From: Trichosphaerium sp. ATCC 40318
Taxonomy: Eukaryota > Protista > Tubulinea
Assembly (NCBI GenBank): GCA_038496445.1
Contig: JALMLS010000237.1
Coordinates: 1-64,000, forward strand
DNA: 64,000 bases
Direction of reading: 5' to 3'
Numbering within the stretch: the first letter of the stretch is position 1; every line of letters begins with the position of its first letter. A model generated the notes under the pieces. It saw nothing but the letters and a program-made list of their open reading frames with translations, was not told the origin of the DNA and made no database searches. Below, in pieces: positions 23,027 to 37,014 of this stretch. A program made the position numbers and the translations under genes.

Positions 23027-25177
23027 TTAATTTACTGCAAGGCTAATGACACCACCAGAAAACTATTAAATAAGTTTAATAAAATAAATCTACTCACAAA
23101 GTTGTTACCTTATGTTGTTTTACGCCTTCTGGCACAGTCATCGTTATCTTTTGTAAATTTCTGTCCTTTGTGTTAACAGTTGCAACACCAAATACACCTC
23201 CAGACCAGAACCTATTCATACCATACAATTAGTATTTTCACAAAATACGGTTTTTTGTTCCTCTTTCTTTCACGTGCCTTGTAAACTGTACAATCTTAAC
23301 CTTAACATCAGAATCATCTTTGTAAACACTACACGTACAATGTAAGTATTACTAAAAAGAAGAATAGAGAAAAGAGGACTGGCGTACATAGGAAAAACAG
23401 TGTTTTTCAAACTGGCTTTGTCAGTTTGCGATGAGGATCCGTTGACATCTATACGTGTTGGCTTTCCTTCTACACCATCAATAATAGTTGTAACATTTAT
23501 AGCAAATCCTCTGAACTTTTGAGCCGTCTTCAAGTTGTACACAGTTAAAACAAGAGAAGCTGATTTCAACTCGCCAGAACTTGAACTTTTAGTCTTCGGT
23601 TGTGTTTGTTTTTCTGTGACTGAAGGTTTCTCTTGTGGTTTTGGCTTCGTTTCAACTACTTTTTTAGTTTCTACTATCTTTTTTGGTTCTGGTGCCTTCT
23701 TTACAGGTTCGCTCTTCTTTTGGGGAGCCTACAAAGGTAAGACGTTTACAACAGAAAATGGCTTAATGACCAAAAAACAATATTGTACTTTTTTTGTCTC
23801 CACGGGTGGGCTTTTTACAGATCCTGGTGCTACGCCAGTAGCGAATAAAGTAACTTTAGAGACATCTTTTGTAAACTTGGAGAAACGATTAGGAAGAAAG
23901 ATACGCTACAACGTTTACCTCTCCTGTTTTTACAAGTTTTGTTGGGCTTGATGAAACACCATAGAAAAGAATAGGTGTTTTCCAATGCCAGTCATTATAA
24001 ATCTCATCTAGGACCTCATACTATTTCCCTTATATTTAGTAAATCTTACAAAGGTATACTGCATACCAGCTCGTCAAGGTCTTCTGGATCAGTGTGCTCT
24101 GATGGAAAATTAAAAACATAATTTAAAAAAAATAAAAACAAATTTAACGCAATGTGTGCCGTACGTATATCAACGATGATTTTACATATTTTAGATCCTC
24201 CACTATTAGTCCTTCCAGCAGTTTCTTCAAGGGCAGCTGTAAGAAACTCTCCCCACGTATCCTACAGTTCTTTAGAACAAACTGCTTACACCCAAAAAGG
24301 ATAAAAAAAAAGATCATTTACGTCTACATCTGTCTTAGACGCTACAGCCACGCCCTGGTTACGAATAGGCAGTATCATACTCTAGATATCATTACTTATT
24401 ATAATAATTAAAAATATCACTGTACAGAGCGTATAGAAGAGTTCAGAGAGCCAATCCAGAATATCGTGTCAAACGAGCAAAATCTATCCAAAAAAAATTA
24501 GAAATCATTTCTGAGGATTATAACCAATAAATTACCTTTCAAGAACTGCTGAATCTGATGTAACAACAGCAGGATATTTAGAAAAAGAGCTCCTAAACAA
24601 AAAACAAAAATAAGAAAAAACCGTGACGACGTTTCGCGATCACGTGCGTTAATTTATTTCTAATAGATGCCACTTCATTTTGTTTTGCGAAAATGAGAAT
24701 TGGCACCTAAGTACGTTAATAAACAGCTTCGCAAAAAAAACAAGAGCTGTTAAGCGTCAAGAGCTCTTTCCTCTCCCGTACCTCGGTTTCACCGCTTATT
24801 TCTTGTATTAACTTATCATAGCCTTCTCCACCAGGAAGCTTTGGTGTACATACAACTCTCCATAGGAGAGCTGCATGAGTGACAGCTGAAATGTCGCGAT
24901 ACGAGGTAAACGAATTCTTGAGCTAAACCAGAAAAGTTCGTTATTTGTATCCATAACTTTCTCCTTCGTACCTGTTGTACTTCTGTGCTGTTTATTACTT
25001 TAATATTACTAGCAAGTCCACTTGGCGCTTTAACATCACTAGAACATACCCAAGAGATGACCTAAGCGCAAGAAAATGTTTAGCAAGGAATAGGTAATTT
25101 GTAAATAAGTTTAAACGTACTTGTGTAGATGCGTCAGCTTTTCTCAAAGATTCCAAATCCGCGTTCTTACGTGCCAT
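23027..25177 (-). CDS. Multi-exon hypothetical protein with Pro/Lys-rich linker and C-terminal C2-like domain; start uncertain
   Basis: Exons join in frame. C-terminus LVLTVYNLK...VKVKIVQFTRFWSGGVFGVATVN...GGVISLAVN has C2-like strand spacing and needs a GC-AG intron at 23212-23277. Confidence 0.5.
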
Positions 25178-25462
25178 CTTACTGTGTACCACAACTAAAC
25201 TGAAGAATAAGTCAAAGTACTTAACCCCAAAACTGTATGCAATGCATCACCTTCAAGCTCTAGACTGTACGTCGTCCATCTACAAAATGGAAAATCAATA
25301 TGATTTTGTACCTATACGCACGTGCTCACAAGGTATTACAACAAGTCGGTTAACTATGAAGAATAATCTCTTTGTTAAAAAGAGCACGTCGTGGTGACGT
25401 GTCACTAGCGAAATGTCTTTAAGTTGTAAGCAGATTTTGTCTAGGCCACATTGTGAATACCA

Positions 25463-27465
25463 ATGACAACCTCACGGGTACTCCTATACGCCTCTGTTAT
25501 GTTCTTGGTAATAGCATGGTACTTTACATTAGAACAGACGTCTTTGGTAACGAGAAAGCCAGGCAGAGAGGTAAGTTTCGACAAAAAACCAATCAAAGAG
25601 GTCTGGTTATTTAAAAACCACAACGTGCCACTGATTGAAGGATTTCGGGGAGAGACAAAAAACGGTCCGAAACAAACCGAAAAAAAGCCGCTTCTTATTT
25701 CAGTGACATTTGTTGACACTGTTGGTTAACACAACTCATTGAAACACTCAGAGGTTAAAGACTATGGCTCGTATGATCCCTTCACATATTAACTGGCATA
25801 ATGGCTCCTCATGTACGTAAAATAGAATAGAAACAGTGATAATAGACTACCCAGTGATGTTAATGGCGTATTTGTAGTGAAAAAAAGGTTTAAAGTGATG
25901 CAATACAATATTCTTGCTGAAAGTTATGCGTTTTCGTCGTGGTTTAAGTATGTGGACAGAAAGAACCTTCAGTTTGCGGCTAGATCAAAAAAGATTATTC
26001 AGGAGATATCGGACTATGGCGCTGATATTGTTTGTCTACAAGTACGTCTACGACGCTACAGCTAACGCCCTATCAATTCAAATTTTGTGTAAAGTTCATG
26101 AAAATTCTGGTTTTTCCCGCTTGTTTTATGGTATACGCTTTCTTAGGCGTTGTGTTGATTACGAAGCGAGTTTTGATTTGAATTCTCGAACGCTGTAACT
26201 AACTCGCTAACTTTTCTCTTAAACAGGAGCTAGATAACTTTGCAGAGTTCTACAAAGCTCAAATGGATAAATTAGGCTATCAAGCAGTGTTTCAAAAGCG
26301 TCCAGGGAAAAAAAAGTTTGACGGCTGTGGAATATTCTTTAAACCATCTAAATTCACGCTAATAGACCAATCATATATTAACTTTCCAGATATGTGCGTA
26401 TACACCTGATTGTTTTCTGACCTTGATTTTTTTTTTTGAGAAAGTTCGAAGTGTTTTACTTTGTTGGATTGACCAAAACCTAGGCATAAACGTGTTGGAT
26501 TATTTGTTTCTCTTATGCATAAAGGAAGTAAAAAACAAACTACAGATAATACTCTCATCGTTGCAACAACACACTTGTACTGGGATTCTGCAGCGGTATG
26601 GCGAGTTCTTTTTTTTTTTTTTGAAAGAAACAACTTTTGTGCACGGGTTGGTCCTCTTGTTGATTCTGATTTTAGGTGAATACACAAATAAAAGAAGTAT
26701 CATGTTTTATTGATGCTATTAAAAAGTTTAACAAGAGAAATGCGCCTGTAGTAATGACTGGAGATTTCAATTTTGTAAGTCGTCTTTCATTTCTTTTTTT
26801 TCTTTGAATCATCTGAGACGTAGAAGCACAATCTCATGTAACTCAGATTTTTCACAAGTTTTATTTCTTACACAAAACCACTTTCCAAATTATTGTGTGG
26901 AGTAATAGGAATCAAAGAATTTCATCTCGAGTACCTGTTACAAAAACAAACTTATTTTTTTCTGAAGTTATTGTTTTCCCTTTCCAGTTACCTTTTTCTC
27001 TCATGCTAACAGTTCATTCATGAAGGGTCCTGGAACAAAACCATTTAAATACACAACTACCAATGATAAGGTATACAAATTCAACCACGCCTATTCCAAC
27101 TATAACAGTACGTAATTGAATGAATTCATTTAGAAAAAACAAAAAGAACAAAAATCAGCCACATCTTTTACAAAATTTTACTTGAGTAACCAACAGCATG
27201 ACAACAGTCAACGCAACTATTGAGTTTCCTTTCTTATCTGATTTCGTCTTCAGATACTGGACGTGAACCTCCTTTCTCAACTTATAAGCCTTCTTACACT
27301 GAGTTTATTGACTACATTTGGTATTGGTCTTCAAACGATAGTATTGGGCCTCTTAGAGTTCTTTCAATGCCTACAGAAGCACAAGTTTCTGCTGAAAAAG
27401 GGTTACCTAGTACTAACTATCCTTCTGATCATTTGCCTTTACTAGCCGAATTCGGAACACGATAA
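25463..27465 (+). CDS. CCR4/nocturnin/PDE12-type EEP hydrolase with N-terminal hydrophobic anchor
   Basis: FKVMQYNILA, DIVCLQE, THLYWD, MTGDFN, IDYIWY and PSDHLPLLAEF motifs; N-terminal VLLYASVMFLVIAWYFTL. Confidence 0.85.
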
Positions 27466-27670
27466 ATAATATGCAGTTGAAATGTACAAATAAAAGAGTT
27501 TAGAAGCACTAAAAGAAAGATGTTTGTAACAAACAATCACGCCTGAGCAAGCGTTTAATGTATGCAATATGTTAAGATGGGGTATCCAAATACAATAACA
27601 CAGGGAGCAGCTGTTAAATAAGACATAAAGTCTATAGATGCAATCAGATAAAGGGGAAAAACCGTGGTAT

Positions 27671-30045
27671 TTATTCAGGCAAGGTCTTTAACCAGAAATC
27701 ACGCATGTTACCTCCCATGACCTTTGCTACTTCTTTGTCTGTAAATCCTTCTTCTTTAAGAGCATTTGTGATATAAATCAAACCAGTAGTATCAAAAGGT
27801 ACCTTAAACAAAGTCAGAATAAATCAAACCAGCATTTTTCAAGCAAAATAGTTTTAGGTGTTATCTCAACATAAAATACATGTGTTTACGTACTATTACT
27901 GTACCATCGAAGTCACTACCTAGGGCAATATATTCGACGCCTACCAGATCGCGAATGTACTTAATTGTGGCAACAATGCTAAGTCAAGGTAAGATGTAAA
28001 AACAGTAAAATCAAATCAACTTATTTGCATTCATCATTCATACCCTGCCAACATATTCTTTTGACATATGACTGGAGAGAAGAAAGCAACAGAAATTATA
28101 CCTCCAGTTTTAGCTATACCCCTAACATGATCATCCTATTCAAAATGAGTAAGAGTTCAACAAAACATACCAATAAATGAATGTTACATTAAAGATATTT
28201 ACCTTTAAGTTACGGATACTAGGGCACAATCCTGATACACCTGTATGCGAAGAAAGTAACGGTTTAGTAGCAAATTCTAGAACATCATCAATTATAGCAG
28301 GTGATGCATGCGCTACAAACAAAGTAAGTCTTCAAAAATCTATTCAAAAAAACCGATGCTAACCAAGATCAATGATCATTCCAAGCTCTTCCATCTTCTT
28401 TACAACCTTCCTTCCAAAATCAGTAAGACCTCCCTTTTTAACTCCATGCGCACTACCACCCAATTTATTATCAAAAAAATGTGTCAACCCCATCATCCTT
28501 ACACCAGCATCATAGAATATTTTGACATTCTCCAACTTTCCATCTAAAGCATGTGCGCCTAGTATTGAGTTAATAATTAGAAAAAAAAACATTGTCAGTT
28601 TTTTGACAAAAACAACTTTCTAAGTATATTATACGTACCCTCTATACCCAGAATACCTGCAGATATGTTTCCTCCATTCGATTTCCTTATTTTAATATAG
28701 TCCACGAGTTCTTGTTTTGAAGAAGCGATGTAGAGATGATTATTTGAATTCTTTACAAATCCATAAAATCTATTTATTTGACTCATTGTCCTTGCTGCTT
28801 TCGATGTGATTGCATCCCAACCCCATCTCTCAGCTACTGCTTTCATTGTTATTGTATCTGAAATTAATGTTGGTGCTTTATTCTTATCAAAATTTTGCCC
28901 TGACGGAGATGACGTGACTAACAAAAACTTGTTAAAAAAAGTATTTCTCCGCAAGCAATAAAAAATATTAAAACGCCTATTGGGGTGATGACATCGCGTA
29001 ATCAAGCATATTAGACGGAGTTTTTGTTTGAAAATAGTTTGTATTCATACCAATAGTAAACATTTGCAAAGCTACGTTACCATCAATGAGTCTGTACACG
29101 AAGAAAAATAAGCAAAAACAATTTTAGTTGCAAAAAAAAATCCACCAAAATGGTTTGTCCGAATTATTACCTTGGTAAGTCCACATGACCTACTTTGTTA
29201 CGTACAAGTATATCACGTGATCCCCACAAAAGTGTGTCTAACTTATTATTAACAAAGCGCCTAACACAAGGACAGAATTTGCCGTAAAAATGTTAATAGT
29301 TTTTTTCTTGAAAACAATATCTAAAATAGCTTATGCAAGCTTTTATTCTTATTTGACGCATTGGTTTCAAAGGTGTTAATGTGCTGCTACATCTATTTTG
29401 CGGTATGTCTTTAACTAAAGCGGAAAACTAGGGAAACAGCGTGATTCGATTCAAACAACGCTAATCAATAGAATGTAGTGATTTTTAATGCAAAATAGTT
29501 TTCTAGTAGAAAGCGGGTTTTCTTGGGTTTTTTAAACGGAGTTTCTCAAATAAGAAAAAAAATGTACCTGAGTGCATGTCAGCTATGAAGAGGCTTTTGT
29601 GAAGCGCTTTATCAGTGAGTTAATGTTACTTTTTGGGAAGAGAGATTAAAAAAAGCTTGTTGCGTCTTATTTGGGCGTAGACGAAAGGTAGTTTGGGTTT
29701 ATTATATTACCTCTGATTTCTTTGCTTATTTCATTCGGCAGGTACTGCTGTTGGCTAGTATCAACCCTGTTTAATCTAATGTTGGCTATTAGAATTGTTA
29801 TTACGGTACGTATGCAAACCCGTAATCAACAATAACAGGGAAAACAAATAGTAGTACGCCAATACCCACTGTTAACAATATTGGAGCTAAATAACGGTTT
29901 TTCCAACTTTTTGAACCAAACAATACGCGGATAATAGAATATACAAAGTATACAGCGATTATAAGCACTATTATATAAAATATAAGAGTTCAGGTGAACT
30001 GTTGTTTTAGTTTAGAAAAAGCCGTAACCTGATAGTATCAAACAT
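27671..30045 (-). CDS. Membrane dipeptidase (peptidase M19, amidohydrolase fold); start approximate
   Basis: ADMHSDTLLW, GHVDLPRL, LGIEGAH, LTHFFDN, IIDLAHAS, SHTG, LGSDFDG and MGGN motifs across canonical introns. Confidence 0.9.
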
Positions 30046-30798
30046 CGCGCCACAAGCACTATAGTACCAGTCTTAGGTGCGAAACCCATTTTTTCGTCAA
30101 ACTCTACAAAAATGACGAAAATCAGTCAACGATCTAAAGCAATTTCTTTCTCCGCGTTTTAGTTGCGTAAAGCTCACATGTGTACGCGTATATTGCTTAA
30201 TTATTGAATGGTTGACACACGTTTTCTGATATAGCAACAATACGGAGTTGGGCCGCTTTTTCATTTATCGGGATATTACTTCTTTATACCTATAAACCGC
30301 TTTAATATAACAGTGATACGTATTTAATTGCAATTGGAGAAAAAGCTTTCAAAAAACAAAGCAAATCGGGCGGTTTGTAATCCAATTCATTCCCTCGACC
30401 TTCACTAGCTATTCTTTTTAAGAATACATCGACAATAAAAAAAAAAACTGTGTTGCAAAGCAACACTCGACTTTTCGAAAAAAATGAAACTCTTACCTTT
30501 AGCAAGCCATTAAACACCGCAATATAATCATATCTACGGAATTACTTGGTTATGACCTATAGTACACGTGCTTTGCTGCATAGCTTCGAAAATTTCCAAA
30601 ATAGGCAGATTGCCTCAAAACAACTTGGTTATACATCACCTCCGCGGCGTTTTTTCCTGTATTATTATAGATATTGCTGTGTTGTTTTATCCTTTTCGTT
30701 GCAACACACAATATACTTGGGCTTTCATTGTTTAATAGCCTGTAAAAACCATAAAAACAAACATATCACGCTGTACAATAAGCGATAACCGTAACATT

Positions 30799-32043
30799 AT
30801 GAAAGGTACGTCAATTTCTACTCAAAAAAAAACAATATCGCAAAAAACTATTACACCGGTGCATTAGATACCAACGATATCATTTTGTTCGTTTTTAATG
30901 CATTGTCGTACTTTTCTTTCGTTGGGTGAGGACTTTGTTTAAACTCCTTTATTCTACAATGACAACGTTTGCATCACTGTTGTTACACGTTTGCGTTAAC
31001 TTCTATCGATAGCAGCCCCTATGATGGCCGAAAAACGTAAATTAAAGAGAACATTTTCACGACGTAAAAAGAACAAGAATGCACACTCTGAAAAGCCAGT
31101 AATAGTAAGATGGAAAGTAGCACCACAAACAAAACCACATACGAGCAAGCAAAAGAAGGGAAGTTCACAACAAAACACACTCTTTTCTAAATGGAAGTAT
31201 AAAGGTAATAATCATAATATCAAACAGTATTTATATAGTACAGCGCTACTAGCGTCTATTATAGTCTTTTTTACCCCGAGAAGGATGTTTTGGGAGAGGA
31301 AATTTTTTCGGGTTTTTGGAATATCAAAATTGTACGGAGGACTTTGGAAAAAAAGAAAAAAAAAACTTAATGGTTTTTAAGTTTCGTTGTCGTTTTGGTT
31401 TATATTACTATGTACATATATTATACTTAGCTTACGTTTTAATACTGGATGTGTTGATGTTGATTATTGATCGTTTTTTGTAGAGGGTGATAAGGAAGCC
31501 GAAGAAAAAGAAGATGTCATTTACTATAAGAAAAGACAACAATTCCAGTTCAAGCAAGCTAAAAACGCTAATAAATCACCAACACGACCTCCACCAACCC
31601 TACCACCTCTATCACAAATGCTCAATAATTCAATGAATATCAGTGGACCTCGTGCTTCGCTCATGGAACCTTCTATGCCTCAAGAAGGAAAGACGGATGT
31701 TTCCGTTCCCGAACCAATGTCAATTTCGAGTTTGAACAATCCTGACAACACCAATACAACCACATCACATAGACACTTTTCTGCGTTCCAACCACATCCA
31801 CGTACTTTAAATAATAATTTCCCTGGGGTCGTAGCACCCACACCTATGCGTCCAACAACAAACGCAGCACCTTTTGCATTATCTTGGGAGACAAGAGGAA
31901 CTCATGACGTCGCAAGAGGAGAACCAACGCCAAGAGCTAATAATGAACAATGGAGGTACTCTCTTAATAATATAGACGCAATGGATATTGATAATGACGA
32001 TCAACCTGAATCTGGAAACAGAGAGCGTCAATGGACCGTTTAA
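30799..32043 (+). CDS. Hypothetical low-complexity Pro/Asn/Ser-rich protein
   Basis: Micro first exon ATGAAAG followed by GTACGT joins in frame to the exon starting at 31483 through an intron of about 677 nt; earlier exons are possible. Confidence 0.45.
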
Positions 32044-32653
32044 CATGACATCAAGATAAAGCGCAATGTGTCAAAAAGAAGGCAATGTGTTACCAACTCT
32101 TTGATGGTTTAGACGAAACTATCACAATTTTTCATTATACTACACCACTTAAAGCCTCTGCGGTTGCGTTTTTACTACAACGAAGCACTTGCAAGCGAAA
32201 AAAAAATAATACAAACTGTACACTAATGTAATACCTAAAAAGAAAACAAAATAAAACAATTTCACAACAAAAAAAAAGTCCTTATCCTTTTACTTCCGTA
32301 AATAACCAATTCCGGCGAAAATAATACTCATTCCCTCTTCACAGCGTTAGCAACGTGTATTTAAGACAATTTCTTCGTAGTCTAAACTTGCAAGTTGCAA
32401 CAACTATGAGCCCCGAGTAAAACTATTGCAGTGGCTTTAAAATGAATCTTGTAGATAATTTTATGCTCCGCTCCGGTTTGGGAGAAACCAGCGGAAAAAA
32501 AAAAGTTCACATGAACTTTAGGAGTCAATTTTTCGAAAATAAGTTTATTGATTTTCTGATAATACACGCAATCATCAGAAAAAAAAAAAGTGAGTCTTGA
32601 CTATAATATCTAGACACAATAAAGACACGAACACAAAAGAGTGATTTAAAAAG

Positions 32654-35477
32654 TCAAGGGCAAAATTTGGAAAACCCGATGCCATGGTTCGTTTTGATGT
32701 CATCTATGAGATGTAGTGTTCCTGTGACAGCTAATAGAACAGTACTCCCCTGTAAACAGCGCTATTAGCATAATACCGAAGTCAAGAAAAGCCAAACCTT
32801 TCGGAGAAAAAAAAGGAAAGTCAAAACCAAAAATGGAAAATACACGAAAATGTCGCTCCATAGCACAAATCAAAATGTGGTAGTACTCTAGAAAACATGA
32901 AAACGCCCCAAGAATACATACTATTCACGGGTTGTTTTGTTTTAGGAGATTTTTTTTTGGTGTTTGCTCTCGGCCGAAACGTTTTGTTGTTTTCTTGTTT
33001 GACGTACCACTATGATCGATACAATAGCGAATACTATGTAACTCTTCTTGTTGTACTTGCGTACAAGCCAATTTAATGCAGTTTGACCTACAAAACTTGT
33101 TGCAAAGCCTATAACAGTGTGAGGATGTTGGCTATAGTGTTTTGAGAAAAAAAAAGAAAAATAGGAAATTAATGCAAACGAAAAGTTTTCATTTCTCCAA
33201 GTTGAACGAATATCTAACGTACCAATTACGGCAAAAACACCGCCATACTCCCATATTAAACGACCTAATACGCCAAATTGTACGACAGCCGAAATTGAAG
33301 TAAAGAGCTAGAGTTAGCGTTAGTTCTTTTTTTTTTTTTTGAGTGATTAATTTTGAAGCAAACAGTAAGATTTACTCGGCTTAGTCTTGCTAATTTTTTT
33401 CAATTTTGTACTATTACGTACAATCATTAGACTTCCTGTGGCAGCTGTAACATCTGCTAAAACACCAAGTTCAAGCTGTAAGGATTGTAAGTATCAAAAA
33501 ATAAAGAAAAAAGTAAAACGTTCTATGTTTCAAAAAAATTGTTCCTTGGCGTGCAACTTAAAGGGTACTACTATTTAAAACAGTTCAACATAAATACAAT
33601 AATTTCTTTGGGTATATTTTCATTTCAAAGCAAAGAATAACAACACACAAGTGCCAAGAGTAGAAATGTCAAAAAATAAAAAAACACGTGCCATAACCGG
33701 ACTTAGAACCATTCCGCCACCAATACCAAGAAGACTTGCTAAAATACCAGCAAATATACTAATAGTACATGTAACAAAAGCATTCTTTGTTGTCCACATT
33801 ATATCTCCTTCAGGGAAAGGATAATTGTTTGCGACTTTAACTTTATGTTTTCTGACAAGCATCCAAGCGATTAGTCCAGCAGCAACAAACAAAAGAGGGA
33901 ATATACACCAATATACTATCCAAAATACTGCACTACATTGCTTTATATCAAGAATACTATGACCTAGGACATTGTTATAAGAGGTATCACCAAAGAGCAA
34001 AGCTTGTAAGTTGGTTTGATTCCAAGGGAGAATAATAAAAACAACGTACCTCCTTTTGCGCCTTTGACTAGGGAGTACAAACAGATAACAATCAAAATGA
34101 CAAATAATGCTCCAACTTTTAACCAAGGCGTTTTTGCTTCTTCCTTGTATAGCTTATCCAAAGCATCACCTTAAAAAATAACATTAACACTCTTACGACT
34201 TTATTAACCAAAGACGTACTTGATATTGACGGTTGTTCATCTTCACCTGCTTCTTGGATTGAACCTTTCATTACAGGTGTATCAAGCTCTTCACCGCTAC
34301 TATCATCTTCACGACCACTACTACTACTATTATCTCTAGCACTACTGCCTGATGCTTCATCAGTGTCAAGTTCTAGTACTTTTCCATCATCTGAAATTGA
34401 ATCTCCAGCTTCAGTTGGTAATGGCACATGCCCTCCTTGTTCTGGAGTAGCAGAAGACTCTCTTTTGTATAGTTTATAACCCTTGAGGATTAATCAGTGA
34501 TTGTTACAACGAGTACAAATTAAAACAACGAGAAAAAAAGCAGTTGAATAAAAAAAAAATCGTACTTTGGCGCCTGTACGGTAACTCGCATAGATCAGAG
34601 TCATAATGAGTAACACAAGAGTCAACCAATCTGGAAACATTTGATTTAACATGACACCAATAATAGTACCACCAAGTGCAAGAGGAGACATAAGTAGAGC
34701 TAAAAATTAAATGTTAGAAAAGTATCCCAAAATTTCCTCAACACAATACAATACAAAAAAGTTCACAATACTTGCCCAAATCATAGTAAATCAGAGGTCT
34801 ATTGACTAGCGGATGCCTCTTCATACCCATTTGAATCCAATTTGCTACGGCAGCACCTGCTATGAGACTCTAGGAGGAGGTAAATGAGCGTAAGGCTTTT
34901 TCCAAAGTGTCATTTTTTTTTTTGAAGAAATGACGCTTGGCTTGTTTAAAATTGTAACATACGTTCGACAATGGCACCGCATCGCGTGGGAGAAAGCCTC
35001 CGATGAGTATAAGGACAGGAATGAAAACTCCACCTCCTCCAACGCCACCGCCAGCTGCAATCGCCCCAGTGGTGAATAGTACGAGCATATACTAGGAGAT
35101 TTAGCTATACTACATAAAACCAGCGATAATTGGCAGTGTTTTCTTATTTTCTTTTCTTCCGGCTTTTATCAGGCCACAGTGCCATAAAGATTCGTTTGAT
35201 AGCGTACCGATGCATCGCGAATACCGTAATGTTGGAATACATGCTTACGCTTGCAAGAGTTCTTAAATATGAATTTGGACTTCTCTACAGTGTTGTTCTC
35301 AAGTTTGCAGTTGTACGTTTTGTATGTCAATGGTTTCTCCTGGCATTTTTCCTGACAATCGAAGTATACAGGCTCTGTAGTATTTCCAGTTGGAGTTGTG
35401 CCATTTGGCGCATCACTAGCCAAACTAACACTAACAACAACAGCTAGCACTAAAATATACCCCGCCACATTGTACAT
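32654..35477 (-). CDS. TauE/SafE (TSUP) family transporter with signal peptide, multi-exon
   Basis: GGGVGGGGVFIPVL, AVPLSN, RHPLVNRPLIYYDLALLM and GIGGGMVLSPVMLELGV motifs; two introns need GC donors. Confidence 0.9.
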
Positions 35478-35824
35478 TGTGACTAAAGCTATCTCTCGGG
35501 CTTTTAATGGGGTAGCTTACTTAATATTTGATTGTTAAGGTGTACTACCAAAAGACAACTCGATGTGTGACTCGGTGTGCGTAGCACGGGCAGGATGTTT
35601 TATACAACAGACTATTAAACCCAAATTCTTAGCAACCTCACAGTTTTTTTTATTTACAAGTCGTTTGAAGGTATTTAACGCAGTGTCAATGCGTAGCTTT
35701 TTAGTATAGTACAAATAGGGCTATTGATAGATAATATTATATAGTTACCTACTAGATTGTTAGTAAATGATCATTGAGTACAAAAGAATAAAATTACAGA
35801 AATTGAAAAAAACCGCACTTAGTT

Positions 35825-36716
35825 TCAGTGGTATGTTACTTCTGCTAATAGTGCACCAATAAGGCCAATAGCAATTAATACAACAAAGTATCGTTTAATA
35901 GTACGCAGGGACAATAAAGAACTTGGTTGTCTCTTTGCTCTCTTCCTTGCTTCTTTCTTCTGCAAGCGTAATGTTAGTAAAGCAAGCCCAGAAAAGCACA
36001 ATAACAAGAGAAAGGTAAAATAGAATAAAACTTGAAAGACGTTTTAATTCAAAGCAATTATAATAACCGACTTGCACTCAAACGTGTTTTCTAATTGGTT
36101 TCTCGTTGACGCGATATAAAGACGGTGTTGTGTCACAAAACTACAAACGAGAAAAAAAAGCAAAAAAAAGGTTTAGTTCGTTTTTATCGTTTTGCGTTTT
36201 TACGCCTCGCGTACCATGTACTCTCGTAGAGCCATTTCAAAATAACTAGATCTTCTATTGTATTCATAGTTACAAGTTCTGATCGCCGCTAACTCAACAC
36301 CACTTGTCTTATCAGACCAAGACACCTACAGTAATCATAAGTATGGCAACATAAAATGAGTAGGGCTCGTTGATTTAAACTTATTGGGACAAACAACCCT
36401 CCTTTTTAACAAAAAAGAAAGTGTGTAGTTGTAAGTCGTAGTTTTTACGTACCGTTTTATTTGGTGTCGGGCCACGTTTAGGTGATTTTAACGCAGAGCG
36501 CTGAGTTACGTAATCGTGTAAATTACAGCCTAACGATTCACACGGTAGTGGAGTGGGTACGCCACCAGTGGCCTTCAAGGGTTTCTTAGGCGCAATAGAT
36601 TTTTTAGCCTTTTCCACTGCTTCAGGCGTTATACCGTTCGCTGCGAGTTGGGCTGCGTCCATGAAAGCAACCGCAAGGTTATTGGAGATTTTATCGCCAA
36701 GTTGTGCTGACGTCAT
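35825..36716 (-). CDS. Membrane protein with candidate PP1-docking RVxF-type motif and C-terminal TM helices
   Basis: Exon 1/2 junction gives NKTVSWSD; last exon has two hydrophobic segments. Confidence 0.5.
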
Positions 36717-37014
36717 AGCATGTATGGAGGAGTGTAATAGCAGGTGTTGGTGGTGTAATTGTAAGAAGAAGATCGTTGAATTGTCAATTTCATAAGGCAA
36801 CAAGTTTAAGACGCGAGAACAAATCGCTACATGTACTCGTGTGCGTAATATAAGCTTGTAATGCTATTTCGCTGTACTTTTCAATACCTGCCTTATTTGA
36901 TACACTTACGAAAAGGTTGCGGGTATTGGTGTTACAGCGACTGGCGCATTTGCGGTCATTTAATGTAGAAATAATTTGAAATTTCTCACTTATTTTTCAA
37001 ACCGTAAAATAACC

